Source: a virus (taxonomy: Duplodnaviria > Caudoviricetes). From it: a stretch of 64,000 bases of DNA. A model generated the notes under the pieces. It worked only from the letters and a program-made list of their open reading frames with translations. It ran no database searches and had not been told where the DNA came from. The stretch lies in IMG/VR virus record IMGVR_UViG_3300025129_000005; one strand, written 5' to 3'. Shown here piece by piece: positions 18,232-28,234 of this stretch. Each line of letters opens with the position of its first letter. Positions within the stretch are counted from its first letter, which is position 1. A program made the position numbers and the translations under genes.

Positions 18232-18584
18232 TGGTAACTGAATTAAATGCCGAAAAATGGAAAGAAATACTTGACAAAGAAAGGATTGCAGTGGTTAAAT
18301 GTTATGCTTCATGGTGTGGTCCATGTAAATTTTACGCACCTCATTTTCAGAAAGTTTCCGACAATTTAAGTGTTTACAATGACACTGAAATCAAGTATTA
18401 TCAAATGAACAATGATAAAAGTCTAAGTTTTAAGCGATCATTTAATGTAATGGTCTTGCCGTCTGTGTTATTTTTTGTGTATGGAGTTTTGGTTTATAAA
18501 ATCCAAGGAATAACAAGATCTGCTATTTTTGAGGAAATACTCGATAAAACACTGAAAGTACCTTTTTCTATAAAAGAACCATAA
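18228..18584 (+). CDS. Thioredoxin
   Basis: 'SWCGPCK'. Confidence 0.9.
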   Translation: MMVTELNAEKWKEILDKERIAVVKCYASWCGPCKFYAPHFQKVSDNLSVYNDTEIKYYQMNNDKSLSFKRSFNVMVLPSVLFFVYGVLVYKIQGITRSAIFEEILDKTLKVPFSIKEP

Positions 18585-18759
18585 TGACATTTCATGAATT
18601 AAACATTGATTAAAAACTCATTAAAGGAGTGGATATAAAGAATGATAGAGTATAAAGTTGTGGAAAACCCCCCTAATTTTGGGGGATGTGAGTTAATATT
18701 AAACGAATTAGCCGAAGATGGTTGGAGAGTCATAGGATTTTCTCAATATCAAATATGCC

Positions 18760-19392
18760 TTGAAAGGGAAAAACAAAATGAAGATGACGAAGTTAAGCAA
18801 ATCTGTGGATAATGTTGTTGAAAAATTTGAGGACTTGATTGAAGGAACTTTCTTCGAAAATGTATATTACTACTGTTATCGCAAATTTAAATGGGGGTGG
18901 TGGAATCCACGCACTGCATGGTATAAGGTCAAATATGGTGTAGGAAATCTCATTAGTTATTTCTATTTGATCTGGAATGATCGTGATTGGGATTATCACT
19001 ATTGGGTCAGTATGAACATCAAAAAACTTGAGAGAATGGAAAACCTCATCCGTAATCACGGTAACCATCTATACAATGTTCGTGACGCCGACAATATCCA
19101 CCTTGCCGTGTTGATCCTCAAGAGAATTCAGGCTGACGAATATCATGAGAATGCTTTCAGGGATCACAATAAAAAGTGGGGTAACTTAAATATTTCATGG
19201 AAAAAATTAAATGATGGAACTGAATGTAGTCAGATGTTGTCTGAAAGGGAGAATGTCAAAACCGAAAGCGACGAGAAATACGAAATTAAGGCTAGCCGTA
19301 GACTGATTATGCACAGTGATTACATGAAAAAACAAGACCTTGAATATGTAACAAAGATAATCAATAAGTACTTGTTTAGTTGGTGGGATTGA
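18760..19392 (+). CDS. Hypothetical protein
   Basis: Long ORF in the operon. Confidence 0.6.
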   Translation: MKGKNKMKMTKLSKSVDNVVEKFEDLIEGTFFENVYYYCYRKFKWGWWNPRTAWYKVKYGVGNLISYFYLIWNDRDWDYHYWVSMNIKKLERMENLIRNHGNHLYNVRDADNIHLAVLILKRIQADEYHENAFRDHNKKWGNLNISWKKLNDGTECSQMLSERENVKTESDEKYEIKASRRLIMHSDYMKKQDLEYVTKIINKYLFSWWD

Positions 19393-19940
19393 TGACGGAG
19401 AAATTGCGTCATATAACAGAAAAAATACATCAGTGTAGAAAATGTCCCTTATGTGATAACGATAAAACGTTACCATATATCGGGGAGTATGCAAAAAATA
19501 TATTCCTACTGGATTTTATCCGACATGATGCACATGATTACATGGATAAATTATGGAAATTATTCAAAGAAGTTGGATTATCTAAACAAGAATTTATTGT
19601 TATATATACAACTCAGTGTATGACAAAACCAACAAAACGTGGAGGAAAAATACATACGTCGCCACCCGCAAAAATTCACCGAGAAAAATGTAAACTTTGG
19701 CTAAATGAGTTTGTACATGCCTTGGATAAACCTAAGATGTTAATCATGGGTAATGTGGCAATGGAGCATGTAACGAATCAGTTTTCTGGTATTGTTGAGT
19801 TGAATGCGACCACAATCAAACCAAAAATAGAAGGTGTTATTGTGCCATGTGTTTTATCCGTAAGCCCTAGTTATTTAAAAGAGTGGGGGGAAGGGTATTA
19901 TATGGTGAAAAAAAGTCTTGAAGTCTTCAAACATCTGTGA
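19392..19940 (+). CDS. Uracil-DNA glycosylase family 4-like (Fe-S) protein, divergent active site
   Basis: 'CRKCPLC', 'TTQC', 'REKCKLWL', 'MGNVA', 'SPSY'. Confidence 0.65.
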   Translation: MTEKLRHITEKIHQCRKCPLCDNDKTLPYIGEYAKNIFLLDFIRHDAHDYMDKLWKLFKEVGLSKQEFIVIYTTQCMTKPTKRGGKIHTSPPAKIHREKCKLWLNEFVHALDKPKMLIMGNVAMEHVTNQFSGIVELNATTIKPKIEGVIVPCVLSVSPSYLKEWGEGYYMVKKSLEVFKHL

Positions 19941-20153
19941 TATAGTCTATTTGTCTCTAGCGAATAGGAGTTCATAATATTTTTAAATTTTTATAAAGAA
20001 AAATTAGTTGAAGCGCAAAAACTTGATCCTAATTCTAAACTTGTAGTAAAACGAGACGGTAGATCAGCAAAGATTTTCTATGGCAAGTTTGTTGACTTTT
20101 ATCAGCATAAGAGTCTGGTCGCTCACCTTCTCAATTAAAGGAAATGGAATATT

Positions 20154-20459
20154 ATGAAAGTATTTCTTGATGATGAAAGAGTTACCCCAGATGGGTGGTT
20201 TCGTACCTATGACCCGACTCAGACCATCGGCATCCTTGAAATGGGTTTAGTTACACATTTAAGTTTAGACCATGATTTGGGTGACGATGAATTGATAGGT
20301 ACGGGTTATGATGTTATTCTATGGATTGAAGAAAATGTTGTGTTGAACGACTTCAAGCCGCCTATCATTATGATTCACTCCGCAAACCCCTCTGCCCGTC
20401 AGAAGATGGAAGCGGGTATTAAACAGATAAGGAAATTGTATGAAAATTCAGGTAGTTAG
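20154..20459 (+). CDS. Cyclic-phosphate processing receiver-like domain protein
   Basis: 'KVFLDDER...SLDHDLG...GYDV...IHSANP'. Confidence 0.75.
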   Translation: MKVFLDDERVTPDGWFRTYDPTQTIGILEMGLVTHLSLDHDLGDDELIGTGYDVILWIEENVVLNDFKPPIIMIHSANPSARQKMEAGIKQIRKLYENSGS

Positions 20460-21324
20460 CGATATCCATGCAGAATTTGGATTAATTCAGAAAAATTATG
20501 ACAAGATGGTTGATACCCCTGCTGATGTATTAGTATTGGCAGGGGATATTGCATCATCCAATTCAATTATATCGGTTCTCAAAAAAATCAAAAAGGATTG
20601 TAGCCATAAACAGATCATATTTGTTGCTGGTAACCACGAATTTTATGGAACCTCAAGAAAAACACTTGATCCTGAGTTAATGTCTGTAAGCGGTGGTAAT
20701 TTAAACATTTTAATCGAACGTGATATTGTTATTGGTGGCATCATCTTCGTTGGTACTACCGGATGGTGGGATGGTTCAGGTGGTACTCTTGGTATGACCG
20801 TAAAGTATGGATTAAACGACTTCCGTATGATATATGATCTTATGGATAACGGTGATGGTGTGTGGTGGGGTCAGAAATCAAAAACATTCATTGACAGTAA
20901 ATTATACTTCTATAGAGATACTTTCCCTGACATGAAAAGGGTTATAGTCACTCACCACTTTCCTCACAGGGGTAGTATTAGCTCTAAATTTCAAGGTTCA
21001 GCATTGAATGTGTGTTTTTATAACGCATGGGAAGACCTTATTCAAGAATACCGCCCTGAACTGTGGATTCATGGTCATACCCATGATTCTTTTGATTATA
21101 AAGTTGGGGGTAATTGGAGTAAACCCGATGAACCCTCTGATGATAAAGGGTATACTCGTATTGTATGCAATCCGCAAGGTTACCCAGAGAAGTTTATATC
21201 ACCGAAGGACGCACTCAGGGAACATTACGAAAATGATGAACTTTTATCAAAGGGATCAGAATATAATACTTATCTTTGTGCTGAAAATGATCAATTTGAC
21301 CCTTGTAAGGTAGTAGAAATCTAA
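20440..21324 (+). CDS. Calcineurin-like metallophosphoesterase
   Basis: 'SDIH', 'LAGDI', 'AGNHE', 'THHFP', 'HGHTH'. Confidence 0.9.
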   Translation: MKIQVVSDIHAEFGLIQKNYDKMVDTPADVLVLAGDIASSNSIISVLKKIKKDCSHKQIIFVAGNHEFYGTSRKTLDPELMSVSGGNLNILIERDIVIGGIIFVGTTGWWDGSGGTLGMTVKYGLNDFRMIYDLMDNGDGVWWGQKSKTFIDSKLYFYRDTFPDMKRVIVTHHFPHRGSISSKFQGSALNVCFYNAWEDLIQEYRPELWIHGHTHDSFDYKVGGNWSKPDEPSDDKGYTRIVCNPQGYPEKFISPKDALREHYENDELLSKGSEYNTYLCAENDQFDPCKVVEI

Positions 21325-21340
21325 TAAAAAGGACTATAAA

Positions 21341-21874
21341 ATGAACGCGAAAAAAACAGCCAGACGTAAAGCAATTCTTGATGGGATTATGGAATCACTA
21401 AAACATGATGAGGTTTTTGACCGTGTAAAATACAAACAAAAGACCGAATCAGAACTACAAAACCGTATGGCAGTACCTTTGAATAGAACTGTTGCAAAAC
21501 TGTTCGAGGAATATAAGGGTTATAACCATGACCGTGCTGTATCAGAGGCACGTGTGAGATTTGCAAGTGAGGAAGATCCGAATACAACAGTCAAAAACTT
21601 TATGTTCATGGGGGTACAACATCGCCCAGACTTCACTATAGATTTTGATGATATTCGTATCGCAGTTGAAATCAAAAAAGGTCATTCAGGTCAATCAGTC
21701 CGTGAATGTATTGGTCAATCCGTGGTATACAACACAAATTATGATTTTACATGTGTTTTATACGTGGATACCTCCGCCGATGAGCGTATTAAAAACTCCC
21801 TTAACGGTGAGCGTGAGAAAGAATTGATTGAATCTCTTTGGAAAAATCATAATGTAATGTTGGACGTTATTTAA
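21341..21874 (+). CDS. PD-(D/E)xK nuclease-fold protein
   Basis: 'RPDF...AVEIK'. Confidence 0.6.
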   Translation: MNAKKTARRKAILDGIMESLKHDEVFDRVKYKQKTESELQNRMAVPLNRTVAKLFEEYKGYNHDRAVSEARVRFASEEDPNTTVKNFMFMGVQHRPDFTIDFDDIRIAVEIKKGHSGQSVRECIGQSVVYNTNYDFTCVLYVDTSADERIKNSLNGEREKELIESLWKNHNVMLDVI

Positions 21875-22836
21875 TGACAAGTTTATGGGAAGACGTGTTC
21901 GATCAACCTGAACCAGAAATCGAGAAAGTGTCTATTGTTCCAAAGGATGAGCATGTTAATATTCTCAAGCGAATGGACGATTACGAAAAAAATCATTGCT
22001 GGCAGTATGATATAAGACTTAAAAATATGGAACAAGACTTAATTGATGTCGGATTAACCAAGGAGATTACAGATAACTTACGAGTATCAGATTTTGAATT
22101 TCGCTTTGTTGAGGATAAAAAAGAACGACAAAAATTAATTGAGTTTATAAAAAGACATGAGTGGTTAGGGAATCTATCACAATTCACCACGCATTGGTTT
22201 GGTGCATATTATAACGACATTCTATCAGGTGTCGTATTGATGAATATGCCTAATGCGTTTTCTAATGTTGTTGGTGAAAACACAAAAAACCTTGAGAGAC
22301 TGATAAGCAGGGGTGCCTGTATTTCATGGAGTCCCAAAAACTTAGCATCCTCTATGTTGATGTGGTGTATTAATTGGATGGTTGCTAATACCAGATACCG
22401 TGTATTTTCGGCATACTCCGATCCAACAGCTAAAGAACTCGGAACGATTTATCAAGCATGTAATTTCTATTACATAGGACAAAAATCTGGTACCACAAAA
22501 AGATATGTGAATCCTTTCACTGGCAGGCTCGTATCTGACCGATTTTTTAGGGCAAGGAGCGCATATAAGCAGTATGCTAAACAATTGGGGATTGAATGGC
22601 AGAAAAACTGGAACAATGATCAATCAATACTGTGGCATAATATGCCTAAAGAAATAGAACAACAATTAAGACAGCAATCCAAGAAAATGCAATCAGAAGC
22701 AAAATATTTTACATTTCCTCCTAAACATAAGTACATATATATCAAAGGAAAGACAAAAAAAGAAGATAAAATGCTTAAGACTATCTTTATGGAGAAAACA
22801 AAGGTCTATGATTACCCCAAAAAAAGGGGAAATTAA
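21874..22836 (+). CDS. Mom-like GNAT-fold DNA modification protein
   Basis: 'PKNLAS', 'SAYSDP', 'GTIYQACNFYYIG'. Confidence 0.65.
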   Translation: MTSLWEDVFDQPEPEIEKVSIVPKDEHVNILKRMDDYEKNHCWQYDIRLKNMEQDLIDVGLTKEITDNLRVSDFEFRFVEDKKERQKLIEFIKRHEWLGNLSQFTTHWFGAYYNDILSGVVLMNMPNAFSNVVGENTKNLERLISRGACISWSPKNLASSMLMWCINWMVANTRYRVFSAYSDPTAKELGTIYQACNFYYIGQKSGTTKRYVNPFTGRLVSDRFFRARSAYKQYAKQLGIEWQKNWNNDQSILWHNMPKEIEQQLRQQSKKMQSEAKYFTFPPKHKYIYIKGKTKKEDKMLKTIFMEKTKVYDYPKKRGN

Positions 22837-22934
22837 TAGTTTGTGCGTGTATGTAAATAAATCGAAATTTACATGATATCCCCCTATGGTAACATGGGTG
22901 GTATAAAATTTTATAGATATAGGGAAGGTGTATT

Positions 22935-25685
22935 ATTTTTCGTAATATTCACTATGACACAAAACGTAGTCGTGTATATCTTTGGGAACAAACAACAGGA
23001 ACCAATGACTATCGTATAATAGATTGGGTTCCGTATGTCTTCGAGCCTGACGATCACGGACATATTGAAACTGTTGAGGGAATTCCTGTAAGAAAGGTCG
23101 AATTCAAATCATACAGTGAGTATGTAGACTACCAGAAAAATAACATATCCAATGTATATGAAAATGAAAGCCCAAAAGAAATCCAATTCTTATCCGAGTG
23201 GTATCACAATATCCCTGATGATGCTATTGATCCTCCGAAACTTAAGATATACTCATTAGATATTGAGGTTCATACCGAAAAGGGGTTTCCTAAACCCGAT
23301 CAAGCAGCGTATCCAATTCCATTGATTAATGTCAGAGAGTTTGGAGAGGGTGGTATTAACAAGTCTTGGGGAACGAAACCATACACTGGTGAATATGATG
23401 TTGATTTTGTTCATTGTAAAAATGAACATGACCTATTAACACAGTTCTTTGATTGGTGGTATCGTAACGCTCCTGATGTTGTTACGGGCTGGAATATATC
23501 ACCGCATAACAAAACTAATGAGAGGGGAGGGTTTGACCTTCCATATCTTGTCAATCGATCAAAGAATCTCTTTGGCACGAAAGCAGATGTATATAAAAAA
23601 CTGTCACCGATTGGCATCGTTCGTTGTTGGGATGATAATAAATCTGGTGCTATGTATGTTGATATTGCAGGTGTATCTGTTCTTGATTATTTTGCGTTAT
23701 ACAAATGGTATACAACCAAGAACCCAGAGAACTATAAACTTGATACAATCGCACGTGAAGAATTAGGATTGGGTAAATTGGATTATTCAGAATACACCGA
23801 TCTTCGTACTCTATATAATGCTAACTGGAATTTGTATGTCGAGTACAACATTATTGATAACCAGAGAATTATGGAGCTTGAAGATAAATTAGGGTATATT
23901 TTGCTTGCACAATCACTTGCTCTATTATGTCGTTGTAAAATGGAACACTATACCGCATCGACCCATTTGGTTGAAGGTTTGATGTTAACGCACTTTAGAC
24001 GTAATAACCTTTGTGCGCCTAGAATGGAAGGTGGACACCAAGAATGGTTCCCTGCGGCTTTCGTCAAAGAACCTCAAAAAGGTCAGTATGACTGGATTAT
24101 AGACCTCGATATTGCATCATCCTACCCTACAGCTATCATCACCCTTAATATGTCATCAGAGACCTATTATGGGCGTTGTATCGGATATAAAGACATACAC
24201 GGAAGATGGATTGATACTGTTACAGGACGTGGTGACATGGATATTGTGGATGTTGCGCGGGCAGAAGCCCCAATATGTGATTTTGTTAAGAATCGTGAGT
24301 TTCCAACATTCAAACTATTGAAGGGTGAAGACGTTGTTTTAATGAAAGGTGACAAATTAGATAAATTCAACCGAGCATTAAAAGCGGGGCTATTAGCAGT
24401 TGCGCCGTCAGGATCTATGTATTTACAAAATAAAAAGGGATCATATGCTCAGGTTGTCCAACAGACTTATGCAAAAAGACAGGAGATCAATAAACTCAAA
24501 AAAGAGTTCAAAGGTAAAGCAACAAGAGCGAGGAATGAAGACAAAATTAAAGAATACAATATTCAGGCGAATAAATATCATGCATTACAATGGGCGTTAA
24601 AGATTGTCATCAATTCAGCATATGGTGTTACAGGTGTTCCTTATTCAAGGTTCTTTAATATTCATACCGCAGAGGCGATTTGTTCTTGTGGACGTAGAGC
24701 AATCATTACAGGACAAAATTACGTCAACCGTTGGTTCCATGATGGTGTCTGGAAGAACGAGGAAACCCTTGAACTTCTGAACAGATTAGGAGAAGTTGAT
24801 ACAGATTTCAACATCATAGAAGACATGGTATCATATATTGATACGGACTCCGTTTTCATTAAGTTGGGTGCATTTGTGGACAAGGTTGTTGGTGGGGATT
24901 GGAAAACTGCTTATGAGCAGGAGTTAATTTCTGATACAATCCTGGCATTATCAAAACACGTAGAGACATATGTTAATGATAGTGCTTATGAAGAGACACA
25001 AGTGGGTGAATACAATTCAAGGATGAGCAAAGAAGAGTTCAGTATCATGTTCAAACAGGAGATTGTCTGTAAGTCAGCATTGTTCATTACGAAGAAAAAG
25101 TATGGATATCATGTTGTTAATGAGGAAGGTGTACCATGTGATAAGATTGATGTTACTGGAATGGAAATTATCAGGTCAGAAACACCATCAGCATTTAAAG
25201 ACGCATTGAAAGATTTATTGAGTATGGTGTTGCGAAACGCACCTGATGATGTTATATTTGAGACATACAAAAAAGCAAAAGCAGAAATAAAGTTCACTTA
25301 TCCAGAAGAGATATCAGAGAACAAGGGTGTCAAAGGGTTGGGTAAGTGGTTGAGGGATGGTGAACCTATGAAGGGAACACCGTATCATGTGAAGGCGGTT
25401 GCCGCTTATCATAAGCTGTTGAGAGAATTGGAACTTGAAGATAAGTACATCAAAATAGAAGAAGATACCAAGAATAAACTTGTGTATGTGAAAAAGAACC
25501 CTTATGGAGTCAAATGTGTAATGTATGACCGTTGGCCCAAGGAGTTCACAGATGCAGGGGTTGAGCCAGATATAAAACAAATGATCGAAAAGTACCTCAC
25601 AAATAAACTCAGAATGTTACTTGAACCTGCGAAAAGGGAACATATATTAGAACAAAACCAAGCATTTAACGCATTTTTTGGATAA
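22935..25685 (+). CDS. Family B DNA polymerase (T4 gp43-like) with 3'-5' exonuclease; predicted ATT start
   Basis: 'DIE' ExoI lies upstream of the ORF-track start; 'DIASSYP', 'KIVINSAYG', 'YIDTDS'; frame open from 22923 with no ATG/GTG/TTG before 23322. Confidence 0.93.
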   Translation: MFRNIHYDTKRSRVYLWEQTTGTNDYRIIDWVPYVFEPDDHGHIETVEGIPVRKVEFKSYSEYVDYQKNNISNVYENESPKEIQFLSEWYHNIPDDAIDPPKLKIYSLDIEVHTEKGFPKPDQAAYPIPLINVREFGEGGINKSWGTKPYTGEYDVDFVHCKNEHDLLTQFFDWWYRNAPDVVTGWNISPHNKTNERGGFDLPYLVNRSKNLFGTKADVYKKLSPIGIVRCWDDNKSGAMYVDIAGVSVLDYFALYKWYTTKNPENYKLDTIAREELGLGKLDYSEYTDLRTLYNANWNLYVEYNIIDNQRIMELEDKLGYILLAQSLALLCRCKMEHYTASTHLVEGLMLTHFRRNNLCAPRMEGGHQEWFPAAFVKEPQKGQYDWIIDLDIASSYPTAIITLNMSSETYYGRCIGYKDIHGRWIDTVTGRGDMDIVDVARAEAPICDFVKNREFPTFKLLKGEDVVLMKGDKLDKFNRALKAGLLAVAPSGSMYLQNKKGSYAQVVQQTYAKRQEINKLKKEFKGKATRARNEDKIKEYNIQANKYHALQWALKIVINSAYGVTGVPYSRFFNIHTAEAICSCGRRAIITGQNYVNRWFHDGVWKNEETLELLNRLGEVDTDFNIIEDMVSYIDTDSVFIKLGAFVDKVVGGDWKTAYEQELISDTILALSKHVETYVNDSAYEETQVGEYNSRMSKEEFSIMFKQEIVCKSALFITKKKYGYHVVNEEGVPCDKIDVTGMEIIRSETPSAFKDALKDLLSMVLRNAPDDVIFETYKKAKAEIKFTYPEEISENKGVKGLGKWLRDGEPMKGTPYHVKAVAAYHKLLRELELEDKYIKIEEDTKNKLVYVKKNPYGVKCVMYDRWPKEFTDAGVEPDIKQMIEKYLTNKLRMLLEPAKREHILEQNQAFNAFFG

Positions 25686-25700
25686 AAAGGAGAATAATTT

Positions 25701-25931
25701 ATGGTGAATGATAAACTTTTTGGTGATGAAACATCCCACGTAAGGAAAGATCCTGTGTTTAGGCGTTATATGGAAGAGTATAAAATCATTGACAATCAGA
25801 TTGAGCAAATGCAGAGGCGTAGAGGGTATTTAAGTTACAATGAAGTTATAGAATTAACCAAGTTAAAGAAAATGAAACTAGCAGCTAAAGATAAATTAAA
25901 GCAATGTAAACAAAGGCAAGCGAGATATTAA
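25701..25931 (+). CDS. DUF465/YdcH-like small coiled-coil protein
   Basis: 'LKKMKLAAKDKL'. Confidence 0.55.
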   Translation: MVNDKLFGDETSHVRKDPVFRRYMEEYKIIDNQIEQMQRRRGYLSYNEVIELTKLKKMKLAAKDKLKQCKQRQARY

Positions 25932-26330
25932 ATGGATAAATCATGTATAGATAAAATGATCACTCAAGAATATCTGAGAGATCATCCTGATCACATATTT
26001 GTTTTCGGGGATAACATGATAGGTAAGGGTAAGAAAGATGCAGCTATACACCGAGATGAGCCTAACTCATATGGATTTATCACAAAAAAGCGACCTTCTT
26101 ATGACAATAATGCATACTACAAACCGAAAGAATATGAAAGTGTATTCAAAGAAGAAATGAGGAAATTGGTGAGAGATATAGAAGTATGTCCACATTTAAC
26201 CTTTCTCATATCTAAACTAGGCGCTGGACTGGCAAATAAGTATGGTATCTACGAAAAAGTCATCCATGACGGATTGAGAGTTCTAAAAAAATATCCAAAC
26301 GTTAAATTTTTGTTTGACTTGGATCATTAA
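25932..26330 (+). CDS. Conserved phage protein, possibly macrodomain-related
   Basis: 'IFVFGDN..GKG', 'GFITKK', 'LGAGLA'. Confidence 0.55.
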   Translation: MDKSCIDKMITQEYLRDHPDHIFVFGDNMIGKGKKDAAIHRDEPNSYGFITKKRPSYDNNAYYKPKEYESVFKEEMRKLVRDIEVCPHLTFLISKLGAGLANKYGIYEKVIHDGLRVLKKYPNVKFLFDLDH

Positions 26331-26344
26331 AAGGAGTTTTTAAG

Positions 26345-26527
26345 ATGAAACCTGATATTAGAAAAGTATTATGCAGATGTATTGAATATGGGTTGGAAAG
26401 TGGTTATAATAGAGCGCATAAGCATGATTCAAATCCAAACAAAGATCGCATCTTGGAAGAAATCGATAATGCTATTTGGCTAGAAATATACGAATATTTT
26501 AATTTTGATGACGAAAATTCGTATTGA
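26345..26527 (+). CDS. Small hypothetical protein
   Basis: AAGGAG SD. Confidence 0.55.
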   Translation: MKPDIRKVLCRCIEYGLESGYNRAHKHDSNPNKDRILEEIDNAIWLEIYEYFNFDDENSY

Positions 26528-26551
26528 CTATATCCATGGATATGGTAGTAT
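26524..26551 (+). promoter_or_regulatory. Sigma70-like promoter of deoC
   Basis: TTGACT-16-TGG.TAGTAT. Confidence 0.5.
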
Positions 26552-26592
26552 GTAGTTGTATTTGAGAATAACCCATTCCCAAAGGATTCTAA

Positions 26593-27276
26593 ATGAACTT
26601 CCTAAAAGTTGTTGACCATACCCTTCTAAAAAATACCACAAATCTTAATGATATTGTCCGTCACTGCGACGAAGCCGTTGAAATGGAAGCATATTCTATC
26701 TGTGTTAACCCCGTATGGGTCAGAGAGTGCGCCGGTCTTCTTGAAAATGATGATGTTAAAGTCTGTACCGTTGTTGGTTTTCCTCTCGGGGCCAATTCAG
26801 CCAAGGTTAAAGCCTTTGAGGCCAAAGTTGCGGTCGAAGACGGCGCTGACGAAATCGACATGGTTATCAACATCGGTTTTGCCAAGTCCGGTTTTTTTGC
26901 TGAAATACTCGAAGAAATCAACATGGTCAAAGCCGCCATAGGTGACACAATTCTGAAAGTCATTGTTGAGACTAGTGAATTTGATGAGAAGGTCAAGAAT
27001 TCCCTGTACAAACTCGTCGCAATGAGCGATGCTGACTATATCAAGACCAGTACCGGAACTACGGAAAAAGGAGCAACGGTCGAAGACGTAAGGAAAATGG
27101 TTGAAATCGGCGGTGGTCGTTACAAGGTCAAAGCAAGCGGGGGTGTCAACAACCTCAAAATCATGAGGGAAATGATCGAAGCGGGTGCTGATCGCATTGG
27201 TACCTCTGGTGGTCTTCGTATCACAGAAGAACTTAAAGGTCACAACGTGAGTGGTCTGAAAGTTAGTAATTACTAA
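26593..27276 (+). CDS. deoC: Deoxyribose-phosphate aldolase
   Basis: 'DHTLL', 'CTVVGFPLG', 'DEIDMV', 'KVIVET', 'IKTSTG', 'KASGG', 'RIGTS'. Confidence 0.96.
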   Translation: MNFLKVVDHTLLKNTTNLNDIVRHCDEAVEMEAYSICVNPVWVRECAGLLENDDVKVCTVVGFPLGANSAKVKAFEAKVAVEDGADEIDMVINIGFAKSGFFAEILEEINMVKAAIGDTILKVIVETSEFDEKVKNSLYKLVAMSDADYIKTSTGTTEKGATVEDVRKMVEIGGGRYKVKASGGVNNLKIMREMIEAGADRIGTSGGLRITEELKGHNVSGLKVSNY

Positions 27277-27350
27277 TAGAACTTCAAAGAGGGGAAATTA
27301 GAAGGTAAAATTAAAGATGAATTAATAGAAATCCGACAGTAAAATAATCC

Positions 27351-27379
27351 TTGACTCATAATAGAATATTAGATAGAAT
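27351..27379 (+). promoter_or_regulatory. Sigma70-like early promoter
   Basis: TTGACT-17-TAGAAT. Confidence 0.6.
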
Positions 27380-27422
27380 AGGGTTGTGTCGTTGACAGAA
27401 TCCTATTCTTTTTGGAGAAAGT

Positions 27423-27647
27423 ATGAAAAAATCACTGTTAGAAATGAAACTTTGGGAAGCCCCTATTTGGTGGAATGTGATTTGTTTCGGAACGGTACTC
27501 TCATGGTTGCTCATGTTGGGCGCCAAAGCATATGTGGGTAAAACATTGACTATGTTCTTCTTTGGTGGTTGGGCGATTGGCACTTTCGCCTTTTTCGTGA
27601 CCCTGTTGTTCTTCCAAAAACAAGAACCTCGCAAAGGTGGAAAATAA
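27423..27647 (+). CDS. Small membrane protein
   Basis: GGAG SD; two hydrophobic segments. Confidence 0.55.
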   Translation: MKKSLLEMKLWEAPIWWNVICFGTVLSWLLMLGAKAYVGKTLTMFFFGGWAIGTFAFFVTLLFFQKQEPRKGGK

Positions 27648-27871
27648 TGGACTACTACAAACGAATCTATAAAGGTGTTAAGAATTGTCCTTGTTGTGGT
27701 GGTGTGTCTTATTTCGGTATCGTATCGGGTGGTACCTATGCTGTTCAATGCGGAGACTGTGACCTTACAGGTAAACAAGTCAGTCTGCCTGGATATTGGT
27801 CAAAAGGTGGTGTTCGACTGATGGGTCGATTGTTCATGAGAGCATTAAAACCTTGGAATAGAAGGGTGTAA
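27647..27871 (+). CDS. Lar-like zinc-finger protein
   Basis: 'NCPCCGG...VQCGDC...WNRR'. Confidence 0.55.
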   Translation: MDYYKRIYKGVKNCPCCGGVSYFGIVSGGTYAVQCGDCDLTGKQVSLPGYWSKGGVRLMGRLFMRALKPWNRRV

Positions 27872-27897
27872 TAAAGTATGAAAAATCAAGAAATTTT
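27869..27897 (+). repeat. 29-bp direct repeat, copy 1 (copy 2 at 28226-28254)
   Basis: TAATAAAGTATGAAAAATCAAGAAATTTT exact at both sites. Confidence 0.9.
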
Positions 27898-27919
27898 ACA
27901 TAAACCAAGGAGAAACATC

Positions 27920-28218
27920 ATGGCAAAACAACTTAAAGTATGGAATGGTCGCTTCATTCCGCAACCGAAAGACCAAACGGATGCCGACCTATTCAAAGCT
28001 CATAGGGGGATGTACACGCCAACGTATGCGCCTATTCCCGCGCTGATGCCTGTAGGGTTATCGAAGAGTACCTTGGGTATAGCTTCAGGGAATCTGAAAT
28101 TAAAGTGTACTGGTCACCTTGTTGGGGTAACTCCATGAAGGGTGTTAAACCTGAACGTGGTCTTTGGCTTGAGTTCAATCAATATGGGAAAGAATCATTT
28201 ATCAAGAGGGTCGTATGA
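27920..28218 (+). pseudogene. Small ORF with a -1 indel in G5 (28005-28009)
   Basis: AAGGAG SD; adding one G joins MAKQLKVWNGR... to ...AYSRADAC...PERGLW. Confidence 0.55.
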
Positions 28219-28234
28219 TGGAGTATAATAAAGT

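Noticed and set aside
23322-23324. TTG 23322 as the polymerase start
   Set aside because: It would remove the ExoI DIE motif; the frame is open about 130 codons further upstream.
26648-27243. Extra overlapping and antisense ORFs over deoC, and similar shadows over the polymerase, RimK and ART genes
   Set aside because: They lie within well-supported genes, lack SD sites or motifs, and reflect codon bias.
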